Assembly: GCA_035556555.1 (NCBI GenBank)
Contig: DATMES010000053.1
Location: 3,418 to 67,417, forward strand
Source: Frankiaceae bacterium
GTDB taxonomy: Bacteria; Actinomycetota; Actinomycetes; BP-191
Length of the DNA: 64,000 nucleotides
Reading direction: 5' to 3'
The first letter of the stretch is position 1. Each line of letters starts with the position of its first letter. Shown piece by piece: positions 51,460 through 59,912 of this stretch. A model generated the notes under the pieces. That model worked only from the letters and a program-made list of their open reading frames with translations, did no database searches and was not told the origin of the DNA. Both the position numbers and the translations under genes were made by a program.

Positions 51460-52673
51460 CCGGCGCGCAGCAGCAGGCCGACTGGTCGACGCCGCGGGTC
51501 TCGCCCGTCGCGCTGAACGACCGCGAGTCGTTCCGCGAGAAGGCGTTCCACCGCGAGTCGCCCCTGCGCCGCCTCGACTGGGTCGTCCTGTTCTGCGCGG
51601 TCGCGCTGTCGGGCATCGGCGCGGTGCTCGTCTGGTCGGCTACGAGGGCCGCGATGGAGGCGGCGGGTGGCGACCCGAGGGCGTTCCTCAAGCGGCACGT
51701 CCTCAACGTCCTCATCGGCCTCGCGCTCGGCGCGATCGCGGCGCTCGTCGACTACCGGATGCTGCGGGCGTACGCGCCGATCGTCTACATCGCCTCGACC
51801 ATCGGCCTCGTCGCGGTGCTCTCGCCGCTCGGGTCGGTCATCAACAACGCGCGGTCGTGGATCGTCATCGGCGGCGGGTTCCAGGTGCAGCCGTCGGAGT
51901 TCGCGAAGGTCGCGCTCGTCGTCGGCATGGCGATGATCCTCGGCGAGAAGCGCGACAACGAGGCAGACCCGCGCGACGGCGACGTGCTGCTCGTCCTCGC
52001 GATGGCGGCGGTGCCGATGGGGCTGATCATGCTGCAGCCCGACCTCGGCACGATGATGGTGTTCGTCTTCACGATCCTCGGCGTGCTCGCGGTGTCCGGG
52101 GCGCCACGGCGCTGGGTCGCGGGGCTCGTCATCCTCGGCGTGCTGTCGGGGTGGGGGATCCTCCACTTCCACATGCTGGAGGACTACCAGGAGGCGCGGC
52201 TGACGTCGTTCGCCAACCCGGAGGCCGACGCGCGCGACACCGGCTACAACGTCAACCAGGCCAAGATCGCGATCGGGTCGGGACGCGTGACCGGCAAGGG
52301 GCTGTTCCAGGGGACGCAGACCAACGGCGAGTTCATCCCCGAGCAGCAGACCGACTTCGTGTTCACGGTGGCGGGGGAGGAGCTCGGCTTCGTCGGCGCG
52401 GGCACGATCCTGCTGCTGCTCGGCGTCGTGCTCTGGCGAGGCACCCGAATAGCCGTGAACGCCGGCGACATGTTCGGGACGCTGGTGGCCGCGGGGGTCG
52501 TGTCGTGGTTCGCGTTCCAGTCGTTCGTCAACATCGGGATGACGCTCGGGATCATGCCGGTCACGGGGCTGCCGCTGCCGTTCGTGTCGTACGGCGGGTC
52601 GGCGATGTTCGCGAACTTCATGGCCATCGGCCTGCTCTGCAACGTGAAGATGCGTTCCAACTCCTGGGACTGA
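51456..52673 (+). CDS. rodA: SEDS-family peptidoglycan polymerase RodA
   Basis: The GTGA overlap joins it to PBP2. It shows the polytopic FtsW/RodA/SpoVE pattern (GLPLPFVSYGGSAM). Confidence 0.9.
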   Translation: MTGAQQQADWSTPRVSPVALNDRESFREKAFHRESPLRRLDWVVLFCAVALSGIGAVLVWSATRAAMEAAGGDPRAFLKRHVLNVLIGLALGAIAALVDYRMLRAYAPIVYIASTIGLVAVLSPLGSVINNARSWIVIGGGFQVQPSEFAKVALVVGMAMILGEKRDNEADPRDGDVLLVLAMAAVPMGLIMLQPDLGTMMVFVFTILGVLAVSGAPRRWVAGLVILGVLSGWGILHFHMLEDYQEARLTSFANPEADARDTGYNVNQAKIAIGSGRVTGKGLFQGTQTNGEFIPEQQTDFVFTVAGEELGFVGAGTILLLLGVVLWRGTRIAVNAGDMFGTLVAAGVVSWFAFQSFVNIGMTLGIMPVTGLPLPFVSYGGSAMFANFMAIGLLCNVKMRSNSWD

Positions 52674-52778
52674 CCCCGGGGTCAGAGAAGCGGGACGTAC
52701 CGGCACATTTCGGCATCCGGCGCCGGGTCGCGGGGATAACGGCTGGCGACCAGATGGCTGACCGAAGGAGCCGGAGCC

Positions 52779-53708
52779 ATGCGCCCAGCAGTGTTCGCCC
52801 GCGCGACGCTGGCCCTCGCGGCCGGCGCGCTGTCGTTGACCGCCTTGCCCGCGCCCGCCGCGACGCGCCCGCCGGTCCCCGGCGCCGAGCGTTTCGGCGA
52901 CGGCTGGGCCGTGCCGGTGTCCACGGACGGACCCGCGTGGTACGACGCGGCGTTCCACCGCAGGGTCATGGCGGCCGGCAGGCAGGGCGTACGGCTGCCC
53001 GCGGGCGTCCCCGCGCCGCAGGCGGTCGGCATGGCCTCGACCGGCATCCGGCCCGGCACGTGGCTCGTGACCGTCACGACCGACCCGGTCGGCTTCGCGT
53101 GGTGCACGGCCAACTTCGTCTTCAAGAAGCGGAGCACGTACGGCCTCGGCACCGCCGGGCACTGCGCCGCCAAGGACGCCATCGGCGCGTACCCCGACGT
53201 GACGGCGTACGTCGTGCCGCCGGCCGGCCAGGGCGCGCCGGGGTTCTACCACATCGGCAAGTTCGTGCTGAGCCGCGACAACGGCGTCGGCGAGGACTTC
53301 GCGATGATCTCGATCTACCCGCAGTACGCGTCGTGGATGAACCCGACCATGCCGGTGTGGGGCGGGCCGACGGGCGTCTACACGTCGACCGCGCCGACCG
53401 TCGTCAAGCACTTCGGCCACGGCCTCGTCGTCGGCACCGGCGGCACGCCGCGCGCGGGCGTCGCGCCGGTGTGGGACGCGGTCAACGGCAAGGCGTTCGC
53501 CTGGTACGGCGCCGGCCTCAACGGCGACTCCGGCTCGGCCGTCAACGTCGCCACCGGCGAGGGCGCGGGCAACTTCACGCACATCGTGCTGTACGACGAG
53601 GACGGCGAGATCCTGCCGGGCATGCTGGCAGGCACGAAGCTGACGTACATCCTCAAGCTGGCGAAGGGCTGGACCCTGGTGCCTGGGTCGATGGTCCCGA
53701 CGCCGTAG
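52779..53708 (+). CDS. secreted trypsin-like (S1) serine protease
   Basis: A signal peptide is present, with catalytic triad contexts TAGHCA, GEDFAMI and NGDSGSAV. Confidence 0.8.
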   Translation: MRPAVFARATLALAAGALSLTALPAPAATRPPVPGAERFGDGWAVPVSTDGPAWYDAAFHRRVMAAGRQGVRLPAGVPAPQAVGMASTGIRPGTWLVTVTTDPVGFAWCTANFVFKKRSTYGLGTAGHCAAKDAIGAYPDVTAYVVPPAGQGAPGFYHIGKFVLSRDNGVGEDFAMISIYPQYASWMNPTMPVWGGPTGVYTSTAPTVVKHFGHGLVVGTGGTPRAGVAPVWDAVNGKAFAWYGAGLNGDSGSAVNVATGEGAGNFTHIVLYDEDGEILPGMLAGTKLTYILKLAKGWTLVPGSMVPTP

Positions 53709-53825
53709 GAGGGGTCTGCGGAACGCGGCCCGTCGCGAGCCGTCTGGGCTCGGCGCAGCAGGGCTGGGTTTCGCAGATCGCTCCTGAGAGGCAGCGATGC
53801 GAGCGATCCCGGTCCCCGTTCGGGG

Positions 53826-53967
53826 CGGGACCGCCGCGTACGCTCCAGCCCGGTCCCCCCTCGTTCTCTGCAGCCGGCCCGCCCCCCTCGAGCGTGGTGA
53901 TCTTCAAAGAACGGATGTGGCCGGGACAGCAGGCGGAGATCCGCGCCGGGACCGCCGCGTACGCTCC
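53826..53967 (+). repeat. pair of 21-nt perfect direct repeats (cgggaccgccgcgtacgctcc) 121 nt apart in the spacer upstream of 53973
   Basis: The copies lie at 53826-53846 and 53947-53967. The second ends 5 nt before the ATG of the downstream membrane-protein gene. Confidence 0.7.
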
Positions 53968-53972
53968 CCGGC

Positions 53973-54527
53973 ATGCGCAGGTCGGTCGTCGTCGCGGTGG
54001 CGTTGAAGGTCGTGCTCGTCGCGCTGGTGCTGTTCGCGCTGACGCACCTCGACTGGGAGCGGTTCGCCGACAAGGCGATGACGGCGCGCGCCGTGCTCTA
54101 CCCGCTGGCCGCCGCGATCGTGCCGCTGGTCTGGCTCGCGGGGGGGCGCCGTTTCGACTACCCGGGCGTCACCGACGCGCTGCTCGTGGCGCCGTTCGTC
54201 GTCGACCTCGCGGGCAACGCGCTCGACCTGTACGACTCGGTCACGTGGTTCGACGACGCGTGCCACCTCGGAAACTGGGCGGTGCTCACGCTCGCCGTCG
54301 GGTTGCCTATCGCCCGGCGCTGCGGGCCGTGGGTGACGCTCGGGCTCTGCGTCGGCTTCGGCGCGACGACGGCGCTGGTGTGGGAGGTCGGGGAGTACGG
54401 CGCGTTCATCCTCAAAACCGAGGAGTCGGTGACGGCGTACCGCGACACGATCGGCGACATGACGCTCGGCCTCACCGGCGCGACGGTGGCCGGGCTGGTG
54501 GCGATGCGGCGGGCGTCGCGGACGTGA
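53973..54527 (+). CDS. integral membrane protein (uncharacterised)
   Basis: 184 aa with about 5 hydrophobic helices and high GC3. Confidence 0.7.
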   Translation: MRRSVVVAVALKVVLVALVLFALTHLDWERFADKAMTARAVLYPLAAAIVPLVWLAGGRRFDYPGVTDALLVAPFVVDLAGNALDLYDSVTWFDDACHLGNWAVLTLAVGLPIARRCGPWVTLGLCVGFGATTALVWEVGEYGAFILKTEESVTAYRDTIGDMTLGLTGATVAGLVAMRRASRT

Positions 54528-54937
54528 CGCTGCGCGCGCCGTGGGTGCTGCACGTCGTCAGCGCCGGACTGGTCGTCAACGCGCTGAACCTGGCACGGCA
54601 CCACCCGCTGTGGCTGCTCGGCGTGCCCCTCGGCCTCGGTGCGCTGGTGACGTACCTGCGGATCCGCACCGTCGTCGACGAGCGCGGCATCTCCGTGCAC
54701 AGGGTGCGCTCGTCGCGGCACCTCGCGTGGGCCGACGTCGCGGCGCTGCGCCACAGGGGCGGTGGCGCTCTCGCCGCGGTGACGCGCGACGGGGAGGAGG
54801 TCGTGCTGCCGTGGGCCGAGTGGCGGGCGCCGTGGCCGCACGACCCGGAGCACGCGTACCCGAGGTCGGGCCAGGCCATCGCCGGCCACGCCCGTGCCGC
54901 CGGCTACGACATCCCGCTGGAGGACGCCGCGCGCTGA
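54524..54937 (+). CDS. membrane protein with PH-like C-terminal domain
   Basis: The GTGA overlap joins it to the upstream gene. Two TM helices are followed by RTVVDERGISVHRVRSSRHLAWADV...AVTRDGEEVVLP. Confidence 0.6.
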   Translation: MTLRAPWVLHVVSAGLVVNALNLARHHPLWLLGVPLGLGALVTYLRIRTVVDERGISVHRVRSSRHLAWADVAALRHRGGGALAAVTRDGEEVVLPWAEWRAPWPHDPEHAYPRSGQAIAGHARAAGYDIPLEDAAR

Positions 54938-54941
54938 CCCG

Positions 54942-55760
54942 TCAGACCGAGCAGTTGCTCTCTGGCAGCGGCAGGTCGGTGCCCGGCACGTCGCGGACGA
55001 AGCGGAGGCGCCCGTTCACGACCGTGTAGACGTGGCGGGCGTCGCCGCGGACGTGCTTGGTCTGGCGGATCACGACGCGGCCGAGGCCGGCGTCCCGCTC
55101 GTCGGCGCAGCCGTACGAGTGCCGGACCTCGCCGTCGGTGCCCTGCCGGAGGATCGCGACGGCGCCGTCGGCCTCGGCCAGCCAGACGAGGTCCCGCATC
55201 CCGACGGGGATGAGGACGACGAGCTCCTCGAGCGCCGGGTCGTCGCTGACGTCGACCACGACCTCGGCCCGGTAGTCGTCGTCGACGTTGGTGCTGGCGA
55301 CGATCGCGTGCGCGTACCTGCCGAGGAGCCCCGGCATCCACACGGTCGCCTTGCCGCGCTCCGTACGCTCGACCTCGACGCCCCACCGGCCCGGCTCCTC
55401 GACGATGCGCGCGGTGTCCACCTTGCCGTCGCCGTCGAGGTCCATGGCGACGGTCGGCCGGGTGTACGGCTTCGGGCCGATCATGGTCCGCTCCGGCGAC
55501 GGGGAGACCGTCGGGCCGGTGTCGCGGGTCATGAGCTGCGTCGCGCCGGTGTGCGGCCGGGCGGCGCTGTCGCCGTGCGGCAGGGCGGCGTACCCGGCGC
55601 CCGCGAGGCCGACGACCGCGGCCGCCGCGGCGGCGGTCACGAGGCGGGTGCGGACGCGGCGGCGCGCGACGTTGGCGCGCAGCCACTCGTACGACGCGGG
55701 GCTCGGCTGCAGCGGCTCGACCGCGGTCGCGGCCCGCTCGCGGAACTCGTCCGGGGTCAT
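54942..55760 (-). CDS. putative anti-sigma factor (single-pass) with FG-GAP/VCBS-like extracytoplasmic domain
   Basis: The ATGA overlap joins it to the ECF sigma gene. It has the TM helix LVTAAAAAAVVGLAGAGYAAL and the MDLDGDGKVD motif. The C-terminal domain resembles that of the lipoprotein at 56541-57269. Confidence 0.7.
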   Translation of the reverse strand: MTPDEFRERAATAVEPLQPSPASYEWLRANVARRRVRTRLVTAAAAAAVVGLAGAGYAALPHGDSAARPHTGATQLMTRDTGPTVSPSPERTMIGPKPYTRPTVAMDLDGDGKVDTARIVEEPGRWGVEVERTERGKATVWMPGLLGRYAHAIVASTNVDDDYRAEVVVDVSDDPALEELVVLIPVGMRDLVWLAEADGAVAILRQGTDGEVRHSYGCADERDAGLGRVVIRQTKHVRGDARHVYTVVNGRLRFVRDVPGTDLPLPESNCSV

Positions 55761-56248
55761 GCCTGCTCCTTCAGGTGAGTGCCGAGCCTGGCCAGCCCGC
55801 GCGAGGTGTATCCCTTGACCGACCCGACCGAGCACCCCATGACGTTCGCCGTCTGGACCTCGGTGAGGTCGGCGACGTGGCGCAGCACGACGGCCTCGCG
55901 TTCGCGGCGGGGCAGCGCGCGGAGCGCCTGGACGAGCGCGTCGCGCTCGACGGTGGCGTACGCCGCGTCCTCGACGTCCGTGCGCTCCGGCCTGGGTGTG
56001 AGGCGGCGCGCGACGAGGCGGCGGCGCAGGGTGGAGCGGGCCAGGTTGACGACGGTCTGCCGCAGGTACGCCAGCGCCTTGTCCGGGTCGTCCATGCGCC
56101 GGCCGTGGACGCGGACGTACGCGTCCTGCACCACGTCCTCGCACCCCGCCGTGTCGTCGAGCAGCAATGCGGCGAGGCGTACGAGGGAGCCGTAGTGCGC
56201 GGCGTACAGCGCCGCGAGGTCGTCCACGGCAGCCATCGTGACCGTCAT
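55757..56248 (-). CDS. ECF-type RNA polymerase sigma factor
   Basis: 163 aa with region 2 (DVVQDAYVRV) and the region 4 HTH (LTEVQTANVMGCSVGSVKGYTSRG). Confidence 0.88.
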   Translation of the reverse strand: MTVTMAAVDDLAALYAAHYGSLVRLAALLLDDTAGCEDVVQDAYVRVHGRRMDDPDKALAYLRQTVVNLARSTLRRRLVARRLTPRPERTDVEDAAYATVERDALVQALRALPRREREAVVLRHVADLTEVQTANVMGCSVGSVKGYTSRGLARLGTHLKEQA

Positions 56249-56269
56249 GCGCGTTGGACGCGCGAGCGG

Positions 56270-56538
56270 TCAGGAAGGTTGTGCGTGCGCCTCGATGTCC
56301 CCGCAGCCGACCACGTCCGCCTTGTCGTCGAGATCGCCGCGCAGCCTGCCCGCGGCGTCGATCGTCACGGCGCGGCTCGGCGAGGGCGTCGGGCCGGAGC
56401 GGGTCGTCGCCGGCGCCGCGGTCGCCGGTGCGGGCGAGGCCGTCAGGCGTCGGGCGGCGAGACGCCGTCGGAGCAGGCGGTGAGCGCGAGGACGAGGGCC
56501 GCCGGAACGAGACGCACCGATCGCAGGGTGCCGTACAC
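56270..56538 (-). pseudogene. small lipoprotein gene split by a 1-nt frameshift (or sequencing error / recoding)
   Basis: Frame A (56538-56443) reads VYGTLRSVRLVPAALVLALTACSDGVSPPDA-stop, a lipobox signal. The adjacent frame (to 56270) reads [57 protein letters not shown] with near-saturated GC3. Confidence 0.5.
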
Positions 56539-56540
56539 GG

Positions 56541-57269
56541 TCAGTCGACGCCGAGGCCGCAGCGGTCCAGGACGTAGCCGGTCGGGGGCGTCTCCGCCGC
56601 GGCCCACGTCGCGGTGTCCCTGCCGACCCTCGTGAGCTCGCCGCGGCGCAGCGCGTACGCCTCACGGGCGCCCTGGTGCTCGGTCGCGGTCTCGTCGATC
56701 GTGATGACCACGAGCTCGCGGCCAGGGCTGCCCGGCACCACGTCCGCGCAGCCGAAGCCGCGCTCCTCGGGCACCTCCGACTCTTCGACAGTGAAGCGCT
56801 CGCCGCGGAGCGTCAGCCAGACCAGCTCGCCGTCGACCAGCGTGGCGATCACCTGGCCCGCCGACGTCGCCGTCGACCCGGCCTGGACGACGACCTCCAG
56901 CCTCCCGTCCTCGTCGAGGTCGGCGAAGCCGGTGACGGACTGCCCCTCCTGGGACTCGACGCCGTAGTCGTTCCACAGCGTCTTGGTGCCGCCGCCGGTC
57001 AGCGCGACGCGTAGGCCCCAGCGCCACGTCGAGGCCGTCCGGTCCTTCCCGGACTCGACGATCGTCACGGTGTCGGGCTTGCGGTCGCCGTCCATGTCGC
57101 CCGCGGTCGCGTCGGCCGGCGGGGCCGTGGCCGACGTGGTCGTCGTGGGTGCCGGGGTCGTCGCGGGGGCGGTGGTGGGCGGCGCGGACGAGGCGGCCGG
57201 CGTGGGGTCGTTCCCACCGCAGGCGGCAGACGCGAGGAGCAGGGCGACGGCGCTCAGGCGGGCGGTCAT
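56541..57269 (-). CDS. lipoprotein with FG-GAP/VCBS-like motifs
   Basis: The sequence shows MTARLSAVALLLASAACGG (lipobox), a Thr/Pro-rich linker, and the DMDGDRKPD and DLDEDGRLE motifs. Confidence 0.8.
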   Translation of the reverse strand: MTARLSAVALLLASAACGGNDPTPAASSAPPTTAPATTPAPTTTTSATAPPADATAGDMDGDRKPDTVTIVESGKDRTASTWRWGLRVALTGGGTKTLWNDYGVESQEGQSVTGFADLDEDGRLEVVVQAGSTATSAGQVIATLVDGELVWLTLRGERFTVEESEVPEERGFGCADVVPGSPGRELVVITIDETATEHQGAREAYALRRGELTRVGRDTATWAAAETPPTGYVLDRCGLGVD

Positions 57270-57350
57270 CGGGTTCCCTCGTGGACGGCGGGCTGGTCAC
57301 CTCATGGAATCACTCGCGAGCCGACGAGGGAGGCCGGTGCCGCTGATTCC

Positions 57351-57674
57351 CTAACCGAGTGCGGTCGGGTAGGTGAGGCAGATCGCCGTGGACGGCGGGT
57401 CGACCTCGCAGCGGAGCGAGCCGCCCGACGTGGTCAGTGACGCCCGGGTGCATCCCGCGCCGGCGCACCAGGACGTCGTCCCCGTGCCGCAGGAGGCGCG
57501 CGCGTGGCCCGAGATCACGACGACCCGCACCTCCCATCCCTGCTGGCAACCACCGGTACAGACCGTCGTGCCGGAGACGACGCAGGCTCCGGCCGAGCCT
57601 GCGGCGGTAGCGGCGGACGGCGCGGCGAAGGCCAGTGCTGCCGCGGCGGCCAGGATCGGAAGTCGCATCGTCAT
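57351..57674 (-). CDS. small secreted Cys-rich protein
   Basis: 107 aa with signal peptide MTMRLPILAAAAALAFAAPSAATAAG and 10 Cys in the mature part. Confidence 0.6.
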   Translation of the reverse strand: MTMRLPILAAAAALAFAAPSAATAAGSAGACVVSGTTVCTGGCQQGWEVRVVVISGHARASCGTGTTSWCAGAGCTRASLTTSGGSLRCEVDPPSTAICLTYPTALG

Positions 57675-57712
57675 GCCGGGAGGCGTTCGCCCTCGACTAC
57701 GCTGGTCCTGTC

Positions 57713-59614
57713 ATGGAATCACTCTTCCCCCGGCTCGAGCCGTTGCTACCGCGCGTCCAGAAGCCCGTCCAGTACGTCGGCGGCGAGCTCAACGCGCAGC
57801 TCAAGGACTGGGACGCCGCCGACGTCCGGTGGTGCCTCATGTACCCCGACGCGTACGAGGTCGGCCTGCCCAACCAGGGCGTCATGATCCTGTACGAGGT
57901 GCTCAACGAGCTGCCCGGGGTGCTCGCCGAGCGCACGTACTCCGTGTGGCCCGACCTCGAAGCGCTCATGCGCGAGCACGGCGTCCCGCAGTTCACGGTC
58001 GACGCGCACCGTCCGGTGAAGGCGTTCGACCTGCTCGGGGTGTCGTTCTCCACCGAGCTCGGCTACACGAATCTGCTCAACGCCCTCGACCTCGCCGGCA
58101 TCCCGCTGCTCGCGGCCGACCGCGGGCTCGACGACCCGGTGGTCGTGGCGGGGGGGCACGCGGCGTTCAACCCGGAGCCGATCGCGGACTTCGTGGACTG
58201 CGCGGTGCTCGGCGACGGCGAGCAGGCCGTTCTCGAGATGACCGTGGTCGTGCGGTCGTGGAAGGCGAGTGGCGGATCCCGCGAGGACCTGCTGTACCGC
58301 CTCGCGACCGAGGTCACCGGGGTGTACGTCCCGCGCTTCTACGACGTCGAGTACCTCCCCGACGGGCGCATCAAGCGGATCCACCCCAACCGGGCCGGCG
58401 TGCCGTTCCGCGTGGCGAAGCGGACCGTGATGGACCTCGACGAGTGGCCGTACCCGAAGCAGCCGCTCGTCCCGCTGGCCGAGACCGTGCACGAGCGGAT
58501 GAGCGTCGAGATCTTCCGCGGCTGCACGCGCGGCTGCCGGTTCTGCCAGGCGGGGATGATCACGCGGCCCGTCCGCGAGCGGTCGATCACGGGCATCGGC
58601 GAGATGGTCGAGCGCGGTCTCGCCGCGACCGGCTACGAGGAGGTCGGGCTGCTCTCGCTGTCGAGCGCCGACCACTCCGAGATCGGCCCGATCGCGAAGG
58701 GCCTCGCCGACAGGTACGAGGGCTCGCAGACGTCCCTGTCCCTCCCGAGCACGCGCGTGGACGCGTTCAACATCGACCTCGCGAACGAGCTCACCCGCAA
58801 CGGCCGCAGGGCCGGGCTGACATTCGCCCCCGAGGGCGGGTCGGAGCGGCTGCGGCGCGTCATCAACAAGACCGTCACCAAGGAAGACCTGATCCGCACC
58901 GTCACCACGGCGTACACCGCGGGCTGGCGGCAGGTGAAGCTGTACTTCATGTGCGGGCTCCCCACGGAGACCGACGAGGACGTGCTGGAGATCGCCGAGC
59001 TGGCCCACGAGGTCATCCGCGCGGGGCGCGCGGCGACGGGGCAGCGGGACGTGCGCTGCACGGTCTCGATCGGCGGGTTCGTGCCGAAGCCCCACACGCC
59101 GTTCCAGTGGGCGGCGCAGCTCGACGCGGAGACGACCGACCGGCGTCTCCGCCTGCTGCGCGACGCCATCAACGCCGACCGGTCGCTGGGTCGTTCGATC
59201 GGGTTCCGCTACCACGACGGCAAGCCCGGCATCGTCGAGGGGCTGCTGTCCCGCGGCGACCGCCGAGTGGGTGCCGTGATCAGGAAGGTCTGGGAGGACG
59301 GCGGCCGGTTCGACGGGTGGAGCGAGCACTTCTCGTACGACCGGTGGATGGCGTGCGCTGTCGATGCCGGGATCGACGTGGACTGGTACACGACGCGCGA
59401 GCGCGGCGAGACCGAGGTGCTCCCGTGGGACCACCTCGACTCGGGCCTGGAGAAGGACTGGCTCTGGGCCGACTGGCAGGAGGCGCTGACCGCGGTCGAG
59501 GTCGAGGACTGCCGCTGGAACCCGTGCTACGACTGCGGCGTCTGCCCCGGCATGAACACGTCCATCCAGATCGGCCCGACCGGCCGTACGCTGCTGCCGC
59601 TCTCGCCCGCGTAG
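57713..59614 (+). CDS. B12-binding-domain radical SAM protein (TIGR03960-like)
   Basis: In-frame ATG 57713. The CTRGCRFCQAG (CxxxCxxC) motif is present. The conserved N-terminus LLPRVQKPVQYVGGELN is typical of the family found upstream of rne in actinomycetes. Confidence 0.88.
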   Translation: MESLFPRLEPLLPRVQKPVQYVGGELNAQLKDWDAADVRWCLMYPDAYEVGLPNQGVMILYEVLNELPGVLAERTYSVWPDLEALMREHGVPQFTVDAHRPVKAFDLLGVSFSTELGYTNLLNALDLAGIPLLAADRGLDDPVVVAGGHAAFNPEPIADFVDCAVLGDGEQAVLEMTVVVRSWKASGGSREDLLYRLATEVTGVYVPRFYDVEYLPDGRIKRIHPNRAGVPFRVAKRTVMDLDEWPYPKQPLVPLAETVHERMSVEIFRGCTRGCRFCQAGMITRPVRERSITGIGEMVERGLAATGYEEVGLLSLSSADHSEIGPIAKGLADRYEGSQTSLSLPSTRVDAFNIDLANELTRNGRRAGLTFAPEGGSERLRRVINKTVTKEDLIRTVTTAYTAGWRQVKLYFMCGLPTETDEDVLEIAELAHEVIRAGRAATGQRDVRCTVSIGGFVPKPHTPFQWAAQLDAETTDRRLRLLRDAINADRSLGRSIGFRYHDGKPGIVEGLLSRGDRRVGAVIRKVWEDGGRFDGWSEHFSYDRWMACAVDAGIDVDWYTTRERGETEVLPWDHLDSGLEKDWLWADWQEALTAVEVEDCRWNPCYDCGVCPGMNTSIQIGPTGRTLLPLSPA

Positions 59615-59618
59615 CGGT

Positions 59619-59840
59619 TCAGCCGGTGGCGTCGGCCCGCGCCGGCAGCGTCGCCATCGTCCCGAGCGGGTAGCCGGGGCCGGCGGTCTCGTCGGTGTCG
59701 TACGGCAGCGCGACCTCGGTCACGCCGAGGGAGGCGAGGAGCGCGTCGAGCGCGCGATGCGCCGCGACCGGGTCGTGGAAGCCGTTGACCGCCTGCGCGA
59801 TGCGCGGCATCTCGGCGAGCAGCCGTTCGAACGTCGTCAT
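59619..59840 (-). CDS. 73-aa hypothetical protein
   Basis: The in-frame ATG 59840 has GGGGGA upstream. The sequence begins MTTFERLLAEMPRIAQAVNGFHDPVAAHRALDALLASLG, and almost all codons end in G/C. Confidence 0.5.
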   Translation of the reverse strand: MTTFERLLAEMPRIAQAVNGFHDPVAAHRALDALLASLGVTEVALPYDTDETAGPGYPLGTMATLPARADATG

Positions 59841-59912
59841 GGTGTCCCCCGTGCGTCGTCGTGAACCTGACTTCGACGCCTCCGCGCGGGCCTCCTGCGT
59901 ACGATCCGCCGC

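Noticed and set aside
53653-54006. ORFs 53653-53907 (minus) and 53797-54006 (plus) in the repeat-bearing spacer
   Set aside because: Third-position GC is clearly lower than in real genes of this window. They overlap neighbouring genes and have no Shine-Dalgarno sequence, so the region is treated as non-coding.
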